Of a stretch of DNA of 64,000 nt, positions 39,997 to 50,455 are shown in pieces. The DNA is taken from positions 3,808,001 to 3,872,000 of the forward strand of contig OZ242296.1 of NCBI GenBank assembly GCA_965207735.1, in the 5' to 3' direction. The stretch is from Candidatus Versatilivorator sp. (GTDB lineage: Bacteria; Acidobacteriota; Terriglobia; Versatilivoradales; Versatilivoraceae). A program made the position numbers and the translations under genes. The first letter of the stretch is position 1. Each line of letters begins with the position of its first letter. The notes beneath the pieces were generated by a model that saw only the letters and a program-made list of their open reading frames with translations, made no database searches and was not told where the DNA came from.

Positions 39997-41483
39997 GAGC
40001 CTTTTGCAAAATTCGCAGATAGCGGGAATTTTCACGTGGGGAAAGATCAAGGAGGGCAGGTGGAAGGAGGGGCAAGACCACTGTCTGTTGTATCATGAAG
40101 GTGTCTGAACCACATGATGAACGGAGGTGGAACTTGCCCCTTAGGGAAACCCTATCACGACACTGGTTCCGGTTTCAACGAGAGCTGTTTCCCCTGCTGG
40201 AGGAAGTTTTGGGGCCTCTGGGAGAGCGTTACCAGCGGCTGGTGCAGGTATTGGAGTTGGTGCGGGTGGAGGAGTTGCTGCCTTACAGTCGGGGCTGGCG
40301 TGGCCGGCCGCTGGAGGATCGGGCAGTGCTGGCGCGAGCCTATCTGGCGAAGTCGATGCTGGAGGTGGCGACCACGCGGGGATTGGTGGAGCGGCTGAGG
40401 AGTGAGGGGAGGCTGCGGCGGCTGTGCGGCTGGGAGAGGGCGTGGGAGGTACCGAGCGAGTCGACCTTCTCGCGGGCCTTTGCGGAATTCGCTGAGAGCG
40501 ACCTGCCGGGGCGTTTGCACGAGGCATTGCTGGAGGAGACGCTGAAGGGCCACTTGGCGGGGCATGTGTCGAGGGACTCGACGGCGATTGCGGGACGGGA
40601 AAAGCCAGCGGCCAAGGCTGCGCCGGAGGCCAAGCGGAAACGCCGGCGGGGCCGGCCGCCGAAGGGCGAGCGACGGCCCAAGCGGTTGAGCCGGCTGGAG
40701 CGGCAGGGGTCGATGACGCTGGAGGAAATGTTGAAGGAGTTGCCCAAGGCCTGCGACATCGGCGTCAAGCGCAACGCCAAGGGGCATCAGGAGAGCTGGA
40801 CCGGCTACAAGCTACACCTCGACGCCATTGACGGCGGGATTCCGGTCAGTTGTCTGCTGACCTCGGCCTCGGTGCATGACTCTCAGGCAGCCATTCCGCT
40901 GGCGACGCTGACGGCAAGGCGGGTCGAGAGTCTCTACGACTTGATGGACAGCGCCTACGATGCGCCGGAGATCCGGGCCTTCAGTGAGAAGCTGGGGCAT
41001 GTGCCGATTATTGACGTCAACCCCCGCCGAAGAGCTACCTTGAAAGCCGAGCGGAAGCGGGAGGCACTGGCCCGGCGCTGTATCGGCCAAGTGACTCCCG
41101 AGGCGCGGCGCTACCGGGAACGCTCGACGGTGGAGCGGGTCAACGGACGGCTCAAGGAGGAGTTTGGCGGGAGGCAGGTGAGGGTTCGCGGCCCCGACAA
41201 GGTGAGGTGCCACCTGATGTTCGGCATTCTGGCCCTGACGGTGGATCAGTTGATGCGCCTGACGCTCTGAAGACCGGGTTGCCACCCCCAACCGCACAGC
41301 AGGTTCGCCCGCCTCAAGGCCGGGAGAGGGTAAGCTGTGCCTGCGTCCGGCGACCGCTGGCCATCCGGCCATCAGATTCGGGCTTTTTCCTTCAAAAGGG
41401 TCTTTGCAGCTGGGTAGTCACCGCCGGAACATCACTGTTGCCAGCCCAATGTCATGCCCGATTCCGAATTTTGCAAAAGGCTC
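39997..41483 (+). mobile_element. 1487-bp DDE IS, copy 3
   Basis: Same IRs; TSD GTAC. Confidence 0.95.
40095..41270 (+). CDS. DDE transposase (identical copy)
   Basis: Identical translation. Confidence 0.95.
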   Translation: MKVSEPHDERRWNLPLRETLSRHWFRFQRELFPLLEEVLGPLGERYQRLVQVLELVRVEELLPYSRGWRGRPLEDRAVLARAYLAKSMLEVATTRGLVERLRSEGRLRRLCGWERAWEVPSESTFSRAFAEFAESDLPGRLHEALLEETLKGHLAGHVSRDSTAIAGREKPAAKAAPEAKRKRRRGRPPKGERRPKRLSRLERQGSMTLEEMLKELPKACDIGVKRNAKGHQESWTGYKLHLDAIDGGIPVSCLLTSASVHDSQAAIPLATLTARRVESLYDLMDSAYDAPEIRAFSEKLGHVPIIDVNPRRRATLKAERKREALARRCIGQVTPEARRYRERSTVERVNGRLKEEFGGRQVRVRGPDKVRCHLMFGILALTVDQLMRLTL

Positions 41484-41504
41484 GTACTTTTTGAGTTAGG
41501 TGTG

Positions 41505-41902
41505 CCCTGGAGATTCTCGATGCGGCGCAGGCACTCGGTGAGGGAGCCAGTCCTATGGTGTTCACCCGCCGTGGCGGGAAGCCGCTCAATGACAAGGAAC
41601 TGCGGTCGCTGGTCCGCGAGCTTGGGAAGGCGCCCGTGCCGCACGGGTTCAGATCCAGCTTTCGGGACTGGGCGGCCGAAGAAACGCACTATCCCCGGGA
41701 GGTGATCGAGGCGGCCCTGGCGCATGTGGTCCGCAACCGGGTCGAGGCGGCCTATGCCCGCTCCGACCTGTTCGAGCGCCGGCGTATCCTGATGGACGAC
41801 TGGGCGGGTTACCTGGCCCAGGGGATCGGTTGCCCGGGGCAAGCCAGGGTGAGGGCCGGGCTCGAAGTTCCCGGGAGAGGGAGAAGGGAGCGGCGGGGAT
41901 GA
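41505..41902 (+). pseudogene. C-terminal fragment of a P4-type tyrosine integrase
   Basis: HGFRSSFRDWAAE...ALAHVVRNRVEAAYARSDLFERRR (HxxR, H, Y); N-terminus and first catalytic Arg missing. Confidence 0.85.
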
Positions 41903-42039
41903 TGGGGGGCAGGGGGGAGTTCCCCCGGTCGGGGGTTCGAAGGGGCCGGAGCCCCTCGCCAGCCCCAATGTATTACATTGGGTAGGCTGGCTCCCCGACA
42001 CTACGCGGTGCGCCGCCGGCCCCGCTGTCCCCGCTCCGC

Positions 42040-42206
42040 ACGGCGCGCCACCTCGCCGGGCGAGGGGGAACGCGCGAGGCGCAGCCTCGCTTCGCTTTGT
42101 CGCATCAGACCCGTGCAATCGGTGTTGTCCCGTTTCTGATGCGGCGTTTCGTGAAAGTTTCCAACCACAACGGGGAGAACTCCGCCCTCTGAGAGAAGCG
42201 TTGTGG
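42040..42206 (+). other. Structured non-coding element, partial copy 2
   Basis: Aligns to 37980-38147. Confidence 0.6.
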
Positions 42207-42343
42207 TTGTCAATAGTGTGCACCATCCAGGTGAGTAACCCGCTCTCTGTAGAGTATTCACCTATACGGCGGCATCTGCTTGACCCCCAGAGGCGGAAAT
42301 CGTCGATCATTCCACCGTCATTGGGTGAGCCTGTTTCTTACTC

Positions 42344-42372
42344 TGATTCATCTCGGCGTCTGCGGGGAACAG
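42344..42372 (+). CRISPR. Degenerate solitary type I-E-like CRISPR repeat
   Basis: tgattcatctcggcgtctgcggggaacag in the same duplicated context as 38287. Confidence 0.45.
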
Positions 42373-42394
42373 GACCGTGACCAGTATTCCCGAA

Positions 42395-42496
42395 TGGCTG
42401 AAGACGGACCATCCCCGGGAGGTGATCGAGGCGGCCCTGGCGCATGTGGTCCGCAACCGGGTCGAGGCGGCCTATGCCCGCTCGGACCTGTTCGAC
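42395..42496 (+). pseudogene. Short integrase tail fragment
   Basis: TDHPREVIEAALAHVVRNRVEAAYARSDLF, nearly identical to 41690-41775. Confidence 0.8.
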
Positions 42497-42814
42497 CAGA
42501 CTGGCCACGTCTTATCCAACAGACGCCTACACTTTCATTACGTCATTGAAAAGGAATGAGTCACTGTCCGGAAAGTTTACTGAGCGGATTTCACTATAGG
42601 CAGGTCGGGATCTACCCCTTCCAAGCTCTGCAACGGGCCCCTTACCACGGGCCACATGTCAACTGGACACTCCCGGGTCCAACCCCTGTTAACTGCACGC
42701 TCCTCGTTTTCGATTGCTATCCAAACCGCTTCTTCCAATACCAATTCATCCCGCAGATACTTGTAATATCTCGGACGGCGATTCTTCCAATGGTGAAGAA
42801 TGAACTCTCCGTAG

Positions 42815-42833
42815 CGAATTTTGCAAAAGGCTC
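42815..42833. repeat. Solo terminal repeat of the 1487-bp IS family
   Basis: cgaattttgcaaaaggctc. Confidence 0.7.
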
Positions 42834-43555
42834 CAATTACATTCTTTTTGGTGAAGTTCTTTCCCCAAGAAAAAAGCGTCGAGAAATTTCTCAGCGGTGA
42901 GATCTACATGAACCGATTGTCATATTTCAAGGGATTAGAAGACCGCCATGGCTCTAATCGAGCCGACCCACATGAAGGTGCAAGCGGCTGGTTTCAGCCT
43001 GGGAGAATCCAAGCCAACATCAATGGGATGGATATTAGTAACGATCTGGGCGGCCCCGTCGAAATACAAATGAACTGGCTTAACGATCTAAACATCTTCT
43101 GCATGTACGCAGCACATACCGGTGACTTGGATCTACGTACGATATCGTCCAAGAACATCAACATCCTGAGGAAACAACTAAAGATTCCTATGAAGTCCTG
43201 TCAACGGCTGGGTGAGCATGCGGTAATTGTCAAAGCTCGCGCCACGTTTCTTGACCGCATCAAAAAGGCTGCGAAATCGCAAGGATTTGCGGTCGCTTCT
43301 GGTTTGGTCAAATACTATGACCCCAGGATTTACCATGGACAATTCGCGGGGCTAGAAGCAGCATTCTGGAAGCGCGATGAATTCAATCTACAACAGGAAT
43401 ATCGAATCGCCGTCAACACTTACACGGCAGGTGAAGATGCTATTTGCCTGGACATTGGGAATATCAATGATATCTCGATGCGTCTCAGTACCGTGGACAT
43501 AAACAAGAAATTCTTAGGTGGAAGTATTGAGCTATCCCACTTACCTGCGCAGTGA
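42821..43555 (+). CDS. Hypothetical low-GC protein, N-terminus supplied by or truncated at an IS end
   Basis: 244-aa ORF; motifs GEIYMNRLSYF, DPHEG, IFCMY, KRDEFNLQQEYR. Confidence 0.65.
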   Translation: MQKAPITFFLVKFFPQEKSVEKFLSGEIYMNRLSYFKGLEDRHGSNRADPHEGASGWFQPGRIQANINGMDISNDLGGPVEIQMNWLNDLNIFCMYAAHTGDLDLRTISSKNINILRKQLKIPMKSCQRLGEHAVIVKARATFLDRIKKAAKSQGFAVASGLVKYYDPRIYHGQFAGLEAAFWKRDEFNLQQEYRIAVNTYTAGEDAICLDIGNINDISMRLSTVDINKKFLGGSIELSHLPAQ

Positions 43556-43757
43556 CGCTATTTACCCTACAGTCCTGCTGCAAGCGGGCCAGTGAATATC
43601 ACAGGTCGTTAAACACCCACTAATTATCCCGTGACAATCGAAGCCATCTCTCAAAAGCGACGGTCCTGGCCATAGGCGATAGACGGCATTGTGGCGTTGC
43701 AGAAAAAACACGAGATGACCTCGCCCCATGACCTCTACCTGAACGGAGAATCTTAAC

Positions 43758-44081
43758 ATGAGCTGCTCTCTCACACCGGTTTCCCTGGGGGTTCAATACA
43801 AAGCCAAAGTGGGTTCTCAAGTTACCGTCGAATTACGGGCGGCCAAGAATGCCGGAGTCCGGATTGTGAAGATTGGATACGATGGTCAGATCGACGGCGA
43901 GCCGCCATTTCAGTTTGACGTCAAACATGGACCGCGGCTCTTGACCGTCTTGGTCACCGCCCTCGAACTGAACGCGATGATCCGCATCGTCGAGACCTGC
44001 GGTAATTCCGAGGTGGAGATCTTGAAGTACAAATACAAACGTACCCAAGATCCCCGTAGCGTCATTGTTGACGGAATTTGA
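43758..44081 (+). CDS. Hypothetical protein
   Basis: RBS ggag, ATG; ends 1 bp before the next ATG. Confidence 0.55.
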   Translation: MSCSLTPVSLGVQYKAKVGSQVTVELRAAKNAGVRIVKIGYDGQIDGEPPFQFDVKHGPRLLTVLVTALELNAMIRIVETCGNSEVEILKYKYKRTQDPRSVIVDGI

Positions 44082-44082
44082 G

Positions 44083-45183
44083 ATGATCAGAGCAGTCACG
44101 CTCATATTGGCGTTGGTCTCACCCGCCATCGGTCAGAGCACTGCGGTCCGTCAGTATGTGGGAGACGTAGACCTCGCGAGGGCAGACAAGTCCGAAATCG
44201 AATGGCTGATGCCGCTTCAAAACCAGGCTGCTTTTGCGCGATACATCGTCAGCCGCAGCAGCGGAAATGCCTCTGCGGCGGCTGACTGGGGTGCCTTTTT
44301 GCGCACGATTGAGGGTCTGCGCCTTAACAAGCTTATCGGTGCCGTCTCAGGTGAAACTGGCACCACGTCTCTAGTATCTTCCGTTGCAGCCCCCGCCGTC
44401 GTGGGTCTGGCAATTGAACGTGGAGGTATTCGCCAAGTAGCCGACGGAACGGTTATGACATTGCGCGGTAACGCGCTGGGACTGGCCAAACTGGCGCTAG
44501 GAGCGGAGCAATTCCCCTACTATGCTGAGATAGATGATCGGACGCCCGCATACCGTCACTTCAGACGCCTTTCGGGATTCGTTTCCTTTGAACATATAAA
44601 CAAAGAAAACGTGCAGCCCCTAACAACCGCCGAAATCTTCGGAAGCGATTCACAAATGGCGGCGTGGGGCGTGCGTTTCGATCTGACGGGCTCAACTAAC
44701 CTGGATGATCCTGAATACATGAGAAACTGGGATTCTCAAGTAGAAACACTCCGAGAGAGCTCGAAAGTGAACGATCTCCTGAACGCCATCAACAACTTGA
44801 TGGGAAACGGAGCGTTCCTGAGCAAATACACATGCTGGGTGAGTGACACAACTCAGAATCTGCTGATATTGACGACTGGCGAAGCACGCCTGTCCGCGTT
44901 GGAGGTTCGGCTTGACGAATTGGCAGATGCGATGGAGGTGCTGAATCCAGACCTCCAAGCAGATGCGGAAGCACTCATCCATGCCAACAATGCGTACCTA
45001 GAAGCGCGGGACGCCGCGATTCGTAACGCCCAGACACACAAGTTGAGCGTCGAATACGCTAACCGTCATCCGCGCAAAGAGCCAAACCGTTCTACCGTAC
45101 GCGTGATCTACTCTCATCAGCCAGGCGACTCCAACCAACTGGTTACGCTCGGTCGGATGCTTTTCTTTGCCACATCATCTTAG
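44083..45183 (+). CDS. Hypothetical secreted protein, possibly C-terminally truncated
   Basis: Signal peptide MIRAVTLILALVSPAIG; long ORF in a low-GC block. Confidence 0.65.
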   Translation: MIRAVTLILALVSPAIGQSTAVRQYVGDVDLARADKSEIEWLMPLQNQAAFARYIVSRSSGNASAAADWGAFLRTIEGLRLNKLIGAVSGETGTTSLVSSVAAPAVVGLAIERGGIRQVADGTVMTLRGNALGLAKLALGAEQFPYYAEIDDRTPAYRHFRRLSGFVSFEHINKENVQPLTTAEIFGSDSQMAAWGVRFDLTGSTNLDDPEYMRNWDSQVETLRESSKVNDLLNAINNLMGNGAFLSKYTCWVSDTTQNLLILTTGEARLSALEVRLDELADAMEVLNPDLQADAEALIHANNAYLEARDAAIRNAQTHKLSVEYANRHPRKEPNRSTVRVIYSHQPGDSNQLVTLGRMLFFATSS

Positions 45184-45264
45184 CAGAAACGGCATTCCAA
45201 TAAGCCCCCGCTTCGCTGTATAATCGGTTTCAGCGGCCGCTGGAAACCTCGGCTTTTATACTCC

Positions 45265-46533
45265 ATGGCCCGAACGGTGAAGGGCGAAGCCCCGGACGAG
45301 CTGGAGCGGTGCCTTGAGTGCTATCGTGGCGACCGCCGTGTGGTATGGGGTGAGGGGCGGTTCCTCTCCCCTACACGAAAGGAAACAACGCTTCAGATTG
45401 TCGATTTTCTGACGTCAGAATACTGGCTTCCACACACGACAAGGAGTCCCTCCATCAAGGGGACGCAGGGCAGCACGCTCGAAGGATTTACGAGGATGAA
45501 GGTGCCGGGGGAAAGGGCGAGAACTTGAAACGCAAAATTGGCAACGTACTGGTGCAGATCTGGACCGACATTGAGGGGACACCCGAAACCGCTTCCCAGC
45601 CTGTAGACCCAGACCTGGCACTTTGGAGCCTCGCGGTCCACGTCGAGGGCGGGAGGTTTTGCGCCGACCTGTTTTCACGGTAGGAAGGGAAGGCTCCCGT
45701 GAAGTTCGTCACCTTGAGCGTGAGCCGGAATGCGAAAGAGGGTCGGCCCGCCCTGGAAGTGCTGGTTGATCGCGCCGACCGGTTGGCCGTGGCCAGGGGT
45801 CCGGCGGTCCAAGCCCAGGTGCTGGTCCTGAAGCGCGGCATGGCAGCGGTCCGAGTCGAGGGACCGGTTTCCCTTGACGCGGACCGGATCAAGCCCGAAG
45901 GGGAGGCGAGCCGGATTCCGAGACGATTCCAGTCATTGGCCAACGACGTAAAGTGACAGGGGCTAAATGATCTCTCATAGGGAATTGACGGAAATGGAAC
46001 AAGCCCACGTAGCGATGCAGAAGGTGGATAGGCGGCAGCACCGGCGGCGGTCTCGACAGGTGTTGCTGGTCCTGGCCGTTATTCTGATCGTCACGGCGGT
46101 GGTCTTAGCGGTCTTTGCCGTGTGAGCAGCGGGGCCGGCGGCAAGGTTTCCATGACCGAGATTTTTATTCAGCAAACGCTTGACATCGGCCACAGAGGAC
46201 CTGTCCCCAGGCTCGGAAGCGGGGGGCGACGGGCCGGCCCTGCTGCGCCCGCTGGTCCGTGAGGCTCTCAAGCACGTCCGGCCCCTCCACGTGGGAGCCG
46301 CCTTCTGGCTGCAGGCCGCAGACGACGCCGGCCAGCTTGAAGCGAAAATCTGGCATGGCCCGGAGCCGGTTGGCCCGCCCCTGGTCGAAGTCTTTGTTTC
46401 GCGGCCGCCCCCGGGGACGGACAGGCGGCCCCTCCTGCAGGTGTCGATTCCCACCCTATCCGAGGTCGACTCAGACGTGACCGCCGCCCTTGGGGATATC
46501 GAACGCTGCTTGGTGTGGGTCTGGCTATCGTGA
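45265..46533 (+). other. Cluster of small co-oriented hypothetical ORFs (45265-45528, 45525-45683, 45699-45956, 46180-46533)
   Basis: Tightly packed ORFs, some with RBS; TATAAT at 45219-45224 upstream. Confidence 0.4.
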
Positions 46534-46772
46534 AGACACGTTCAGCGGGGCGGGACATCATTCTCCGAGAGAATCAATCCCAAGATAAAAGAAACTCCAG
46601 TGAGGGCTGCTGACCAGGGCAGCTCCGGCCGCTTGATGGCGTGGCCGGCAAACGCAATCCTGTGCGTCCTGGCGGGCCATGCTCCTGCTCAGTGGAGCAT
46701 GGCGGCGGATTGGGAGGTTCTCACTGTTCCTACTGTTCGAACTGAACCCCGAGAAGTTACCACGGAGACCAC

Positions 46773-49700
46773 ATGCAGAAGAACATGCTTGAATCGAAAT
46801 CATTTGACCACACAAAACCAAAACACAATCGATCGAACCCTTGTGTTTACAGCAACGGCTCGATCGGTAAACAGCTTCTTTATCTCTGCATTGTAATGAG
46901 CCTTTCGGCAACGTTCCTCTTCAGTCAACAGCTCCAACAAAAACACGATGACTGGGAAGAGATCAACTTCGCGACTGACCGTTCGGTTCTCACCGACGGA
47001 TTTCCCAGTCTACTGCGCCTAGCGGAACTGTTGGAGCAGCACCCCGACTACCACGTCAAGCTGGAGGGCCACGCCGACAGCAGCGGTCCGGACAGCTACA
47101 ACATGAATCTGGGGCACAGACGTGCGGAGGCGGTGCGCGACTTTCTGGTCAAGTACGGTGCCCGGGCAGACCAGATCGAGATAGGAGCCCACGGCGAGCA
47201 GCGACCGAGGGCCGACAACTCACTTGGGGCGGGCCGCTGGATGAACCGCCGCGTTGAGATCACGGTCACTGACGGGGAAGGTCGCGTTATCAGCGATCAG
47301 GGAGTCCAGGAAGCGATCGGATCGATTGGGAAACAGGTGGAGGCGCAGGAGGGATGTTGCGATCAAATCCTTCGGGAAATGAAGAAGCTCGATCAGATCC
47401 TGGCAGCGTTGGAGGAACTCAAGGGCCAATACCAGAGCCTCAAAGACAAACACCAATCCCTTAAGTCCGATTTCGACAAACTCCAGCAAGCACAGAAGGG
47501 GCTGGAAACCGAGGTGGCCGCCGTGCCTGAGCCGGTCACCGAGAGCCATGTGCGCCAGATGATTGTCGAGGACACCCCAAAACCCTCCGAAAAATACGCG
47601 CGCTACAACCTGATGGCAGGTCCCACCTCGCCAGACGGCAACCTGACCGTGGGAGCTCAAGGCCAGGTGTTTCTGCCGTTCGGCGGGCACCACGCGCTGC
47701 AGGCGCAGGGTGACTTCATGCGCAACTTCCGCCGCAACGAGGGACAATTCGATTTAGGGATCGTCAACCGCTTCGGACCGATGCAAGCGGGGGTCTTTTC
47801 GAGCTTCAAATACGTGAAGTTCGACGAATTCAGCCACGGCGGATCCCTCGGCCATGCCGCCGGCACGCTCGACTACCTCTTCTCCCAAGGCCGGGTGGGA
47901 CTATTCGGAACCAAGGGGTTCCTCGACGGCGCCGTCCTGAACAGCCGTTTCCTGGGCCAGAATCGAGTCGAAGAGACTTACCTGAGCATTGTGGATCAAT
48001 TCGGCTTTGCGACGGCCATCGGCGTATGGGGAGATTCCTGGTTCGAGGGCGATTTCGCGACCCAGTTCCGCCGGTTCGACAGCAATACCGTCGGCGGCAG
48101 CGTTCGCTATGTACATCCGATCACGGACCATATTGCCATCACTCTCGCCGCCGGCCTTAACGAGACTCTTATATCGAGCAGCAACAAGGGAAGCTTCACG
48201 ATTGGCCTTGAGTTCGGCAAATGGCTGAACCCGAAAAACTACGCCAGGACCGAGGGTCCGGTGCCAGTAAGCGTCCCCAAAATCCGCTATGAGGTGCATA
48301 CGCGCACCGTCCGGACCGGCAATGATTTGCCGGTGGCCGACGCGGGGCCGGACCAAGTGGGCGTCGAGTCCGGCACCATCATGCTCGATGGTTCGGCTTC
48401 CTACGACCCGGACGACGATCCCATTACCTTTGCCTGGGAGCAGGTCAGCGGCCCCGTCGTGGCTCTCTCCTCGGCGACATCCTCTCAGACCAGCTTCACG
48501 GCCGAAGAGGGGCAAACCTATCACTTCCGCCTGACTGTAAGAGACGATCACGAGGGAGCAGGTACGGACAGCGTGATGGTCAGTACGACTGATTCCCATA
48601 TCACCATTCAGAGCTTCACGGCAGATCCACTTCACATCCCAATTGGAGAGAAAGCTACTCTGGAGTGGGACGTCCTGAACGCAACCGAGGTCGAGATCTC
48701 CGGAATCGGCGCCGTCGACCCCAGGGGCGGCAGCGTGACCGTCAGTCCGACCGAAACAACCACCTACACGCTGACTGCCCGTAATCTCAAGCGGGAGGTG
48801 AAACAGACCGTGGAAGTGACGGTTGATTCGGAAATCACCATTCAGAGCTTCACGGCAGATCCACTTCACATCCCAATTGGAGAGAAAGCTACTCTGGAGT
48901 GGGACGTCCTGAACGCAACCGAGGTCGAGATCTCCGGAATCGGCGCCGTCGACCCCAGGGGCGGCAGCGTGACCGTCAGTCCGACCGAAACAACCACCTA
49001 CACGCTGACTGCCCGTAATCTCAAGCGGGAGGTGAAACAGACCGTGGAAGTGACGGTTGATTCGGAAATCACCATTCAGAGCTTCACGGCAGATCCACTT
49101 CACATCCCAATTGGAGAGAAAGCTACTCTGGAGTGGGACGTCCTGAACGCAACCGAGGTCGAGATCTCCGGAATCGGCGCCGTCGACCCCAGGGGCGGCA
49201 GCGTGACCGTCAGTCCGACCGAAACAACCACCTACACGCTGACTGCCCGTAATCTCAAGCGGGAGGTGAAACAGACCGTGGAAGTGACGGTTGATTCGGA
49301 AATCACCATTCAGAGCTTCACGGCAGATCCACTTCACATCCCAATTGGAGAGAAAGCTACTCTGGAGTGGGACGTCCTGAACGCAACCGAGGTCGAGATC
49401 TCCGGAATCGGCGCCGTCGACCCCAGGGGCGGCAGCGTGACCGTCAGTCCGACCGAAACAACCACCTACACGCTGACTGCCCGTAATCCCGAGCGGGAGG
49501 TGAAACAGACCGTGAAAGTGACGGTTGATTCCGAAATCACGATCCTTCGCTTTACGGCCAAACCAAGTCAATTTCTCAGTGTCTTGGGCACGGAAGTCAC
49601 TCTGGACTGGGATGTCCTCAACGCAACTGAGGTGGAGATCTCCGGAATCGGCCCCGTCGATCCCAGAGGCGGCAGCGTGACCGTCGATGTCACCGAAACA

Positions 49701-50270
49701 ACCATCTACACGCTGACTGCCCGTAATCCCAAACGGGAGGTGAAACAGACCGTGGAAGTGACGGTTGATTCGGAAATCACCATTCAGAGCTTCACGGCAG
49801 ATCCACTTCACATCCCAATTGGAGAGAAAGCTACTCTGGAGTGGGACGTCCTGAACGCAACCGAGGTCGAGATCTCCGGAATCGGCGCCGTCGACCCCAG
49901 GGGCGGCAGCGTGACCGTCAGTCCGACCGAAACAACCACCTACACGCTGACTGCCCGTAATCCCGAGCGGGAGGTGAAACAGACCGTGAAAGTGACGGTT
50001 GATTCCGAAATCACGATCCTTCGCTTTACGGCCAAACCAAGTCAATTTCTCAGTGTCTTGGGCACGGAAGTCACTCTGGACTGGGATGTCCTCAACGCAA
50101 CTGAGGTGGAGATCTCCGGAATCGGCCCCGTCGATCCCAGAGGCGGCAGCGTGACCGTCGATGTCACCGAAACAACCATCTACACGCTGACTGCCCGTAA
50201 TCCCAAACGGGAGGTGAAACAGACCGTGGAAGTGACTTTTCTTGAAGGTTTTCCGCCACGACCCCGGTGA
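46773..50270 (+). CDS. OmpA-family protein with coiled coil, beta-rich region, PKD/REJ-like domain and seven tandem Ig-like repeats; start uncertain
   Basis: INFATD...LEGHAD...YNMNLGHRRAEAV...NRRVEI (OmpA_C); PVADAGPDQ...LDGSASYDPD (PKD-like). Confidence 0.88.
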   Translation: MQKNMLESKSFDHTKPKHNRSNPCVYSNGSIGKQLLYLCIVMSLSATFLFSQQLQQKHDDWEEINFATDRSVLTDGFPSLLRLAELLEQHPDYHVKLEGHADSSGPDSYNMNLGHRRAEAVRDFLVKYGARADQIEIGAHGEQRPRADNSLGAGRWMNRRVEITVTDGEGRVISDQGVQEAIGSIGKQVEAQEGCCDQILREMKKLDQILAALEELKGQYQSLKDKHQSLKSDFDKLQQAQKGLETEVAAVPEPVTESHVRQMIVEDTPKPSEKYARYNLMAGPTSPDGNLTVGAQGQVFLPFGGHHALQAQGDFMRNFRRNEGQFDLGIVNRFGPMQAGVFSSFKYVKFDEFSHGGSLGHAAGTLDYLFSQGRVGLFGTKGFLDGAVLNSRFLGQNRVEETYLSIVDQFGFATAIGVWGDSWFEGDFATQFRRFDSNTVGGSVRYVHPITDHIAITLAAGLNETLISSSNKGSFTIGLEFGKWLNPKNYARTEGPVPVSVPKIRYEVHTRTVRTGNDLPVADAGPDQVGVESGTIMLDGSASYDPDDDPITFAWEQVSGPVVALSSATSSQTSFTAEEGQTYHFRLTVRDDHEGAGTDSVMVSTTDSHITIQSFTADPLHIPIGEKATLEWDVLNATEVEISGIGAVDPRGGSVTVSPTETTTYTLTARNLKREVKQTVEVTVDSEITIQSFTADPLHIPIGEKATLEWDVLNATEVEISGIGAVDPRGGSVTVSPTETTTYTLTARNLKREVKQTVEVTVDSEITIQSFTADPLHIPIGEKATLEWDVLNATEVEISGIGAVDPRGGSVTVSPTETTTYTLTARNLKREVKQTVEVTVDSEITIQSFTADPLHIPIGEKATLEWDVLNATEVEISGIGAVDPRGGSVTVSPTETTTYTLTARNPEREVKQTVKVTVDSEITILRFTAKPSQFLSVLGTEVTLDWDVLNATEVEISGIGPVDPRGGSVTVDVTETTIYTLTARNPKREVKQTVEVTVDSEITIQSFTADPLHIPIGEKATLEWDVLNATEVEISGIGAVDPRGGSVTVSPTETTTYTLTARNPEREVKQTVKVTVDSEITILRFTAKPSQFLSVLGTEVTLDWDVLNATEVEISGIGPVDPRGGSVTVDVTETTIYTLTARNPKREVKQTVEVTFLEGFPPRPR
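48600..50240 (+). repeat. Intragenic tandem repeats, 234-bp (A) and 240-bp (B) units in the order A A A A' B A' B
   Basis: Units start at 48600, 48834, 49068, 49302, 49536, 49776, 50010; near-identical at DNA level. Confidence 0.95.
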
Positions 50271-50455
50271 TTTTGCAGGGACGCGAAAAGTCCGAAATGC
50301 CACCGATGTAACGATCACCGCCCGCAACGACGTAGAGAAAACCATGGCGGTCGCCACCGTGATGTCCGGTCCGAATTAAACTCGTCCCTTGCATCTACGG
50401 ACGCCGTGGTGCAGCGGCAATTTATCCGAGATCACATCCAGAAAGAGAACAGCCA

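Noticed and set aside
48600-50240. Diversity-generating retroelement TR/VR pair
   Set aside because: Repeats are in-frame tandem units without adenine-specific differences and no reverse transcriptase is present
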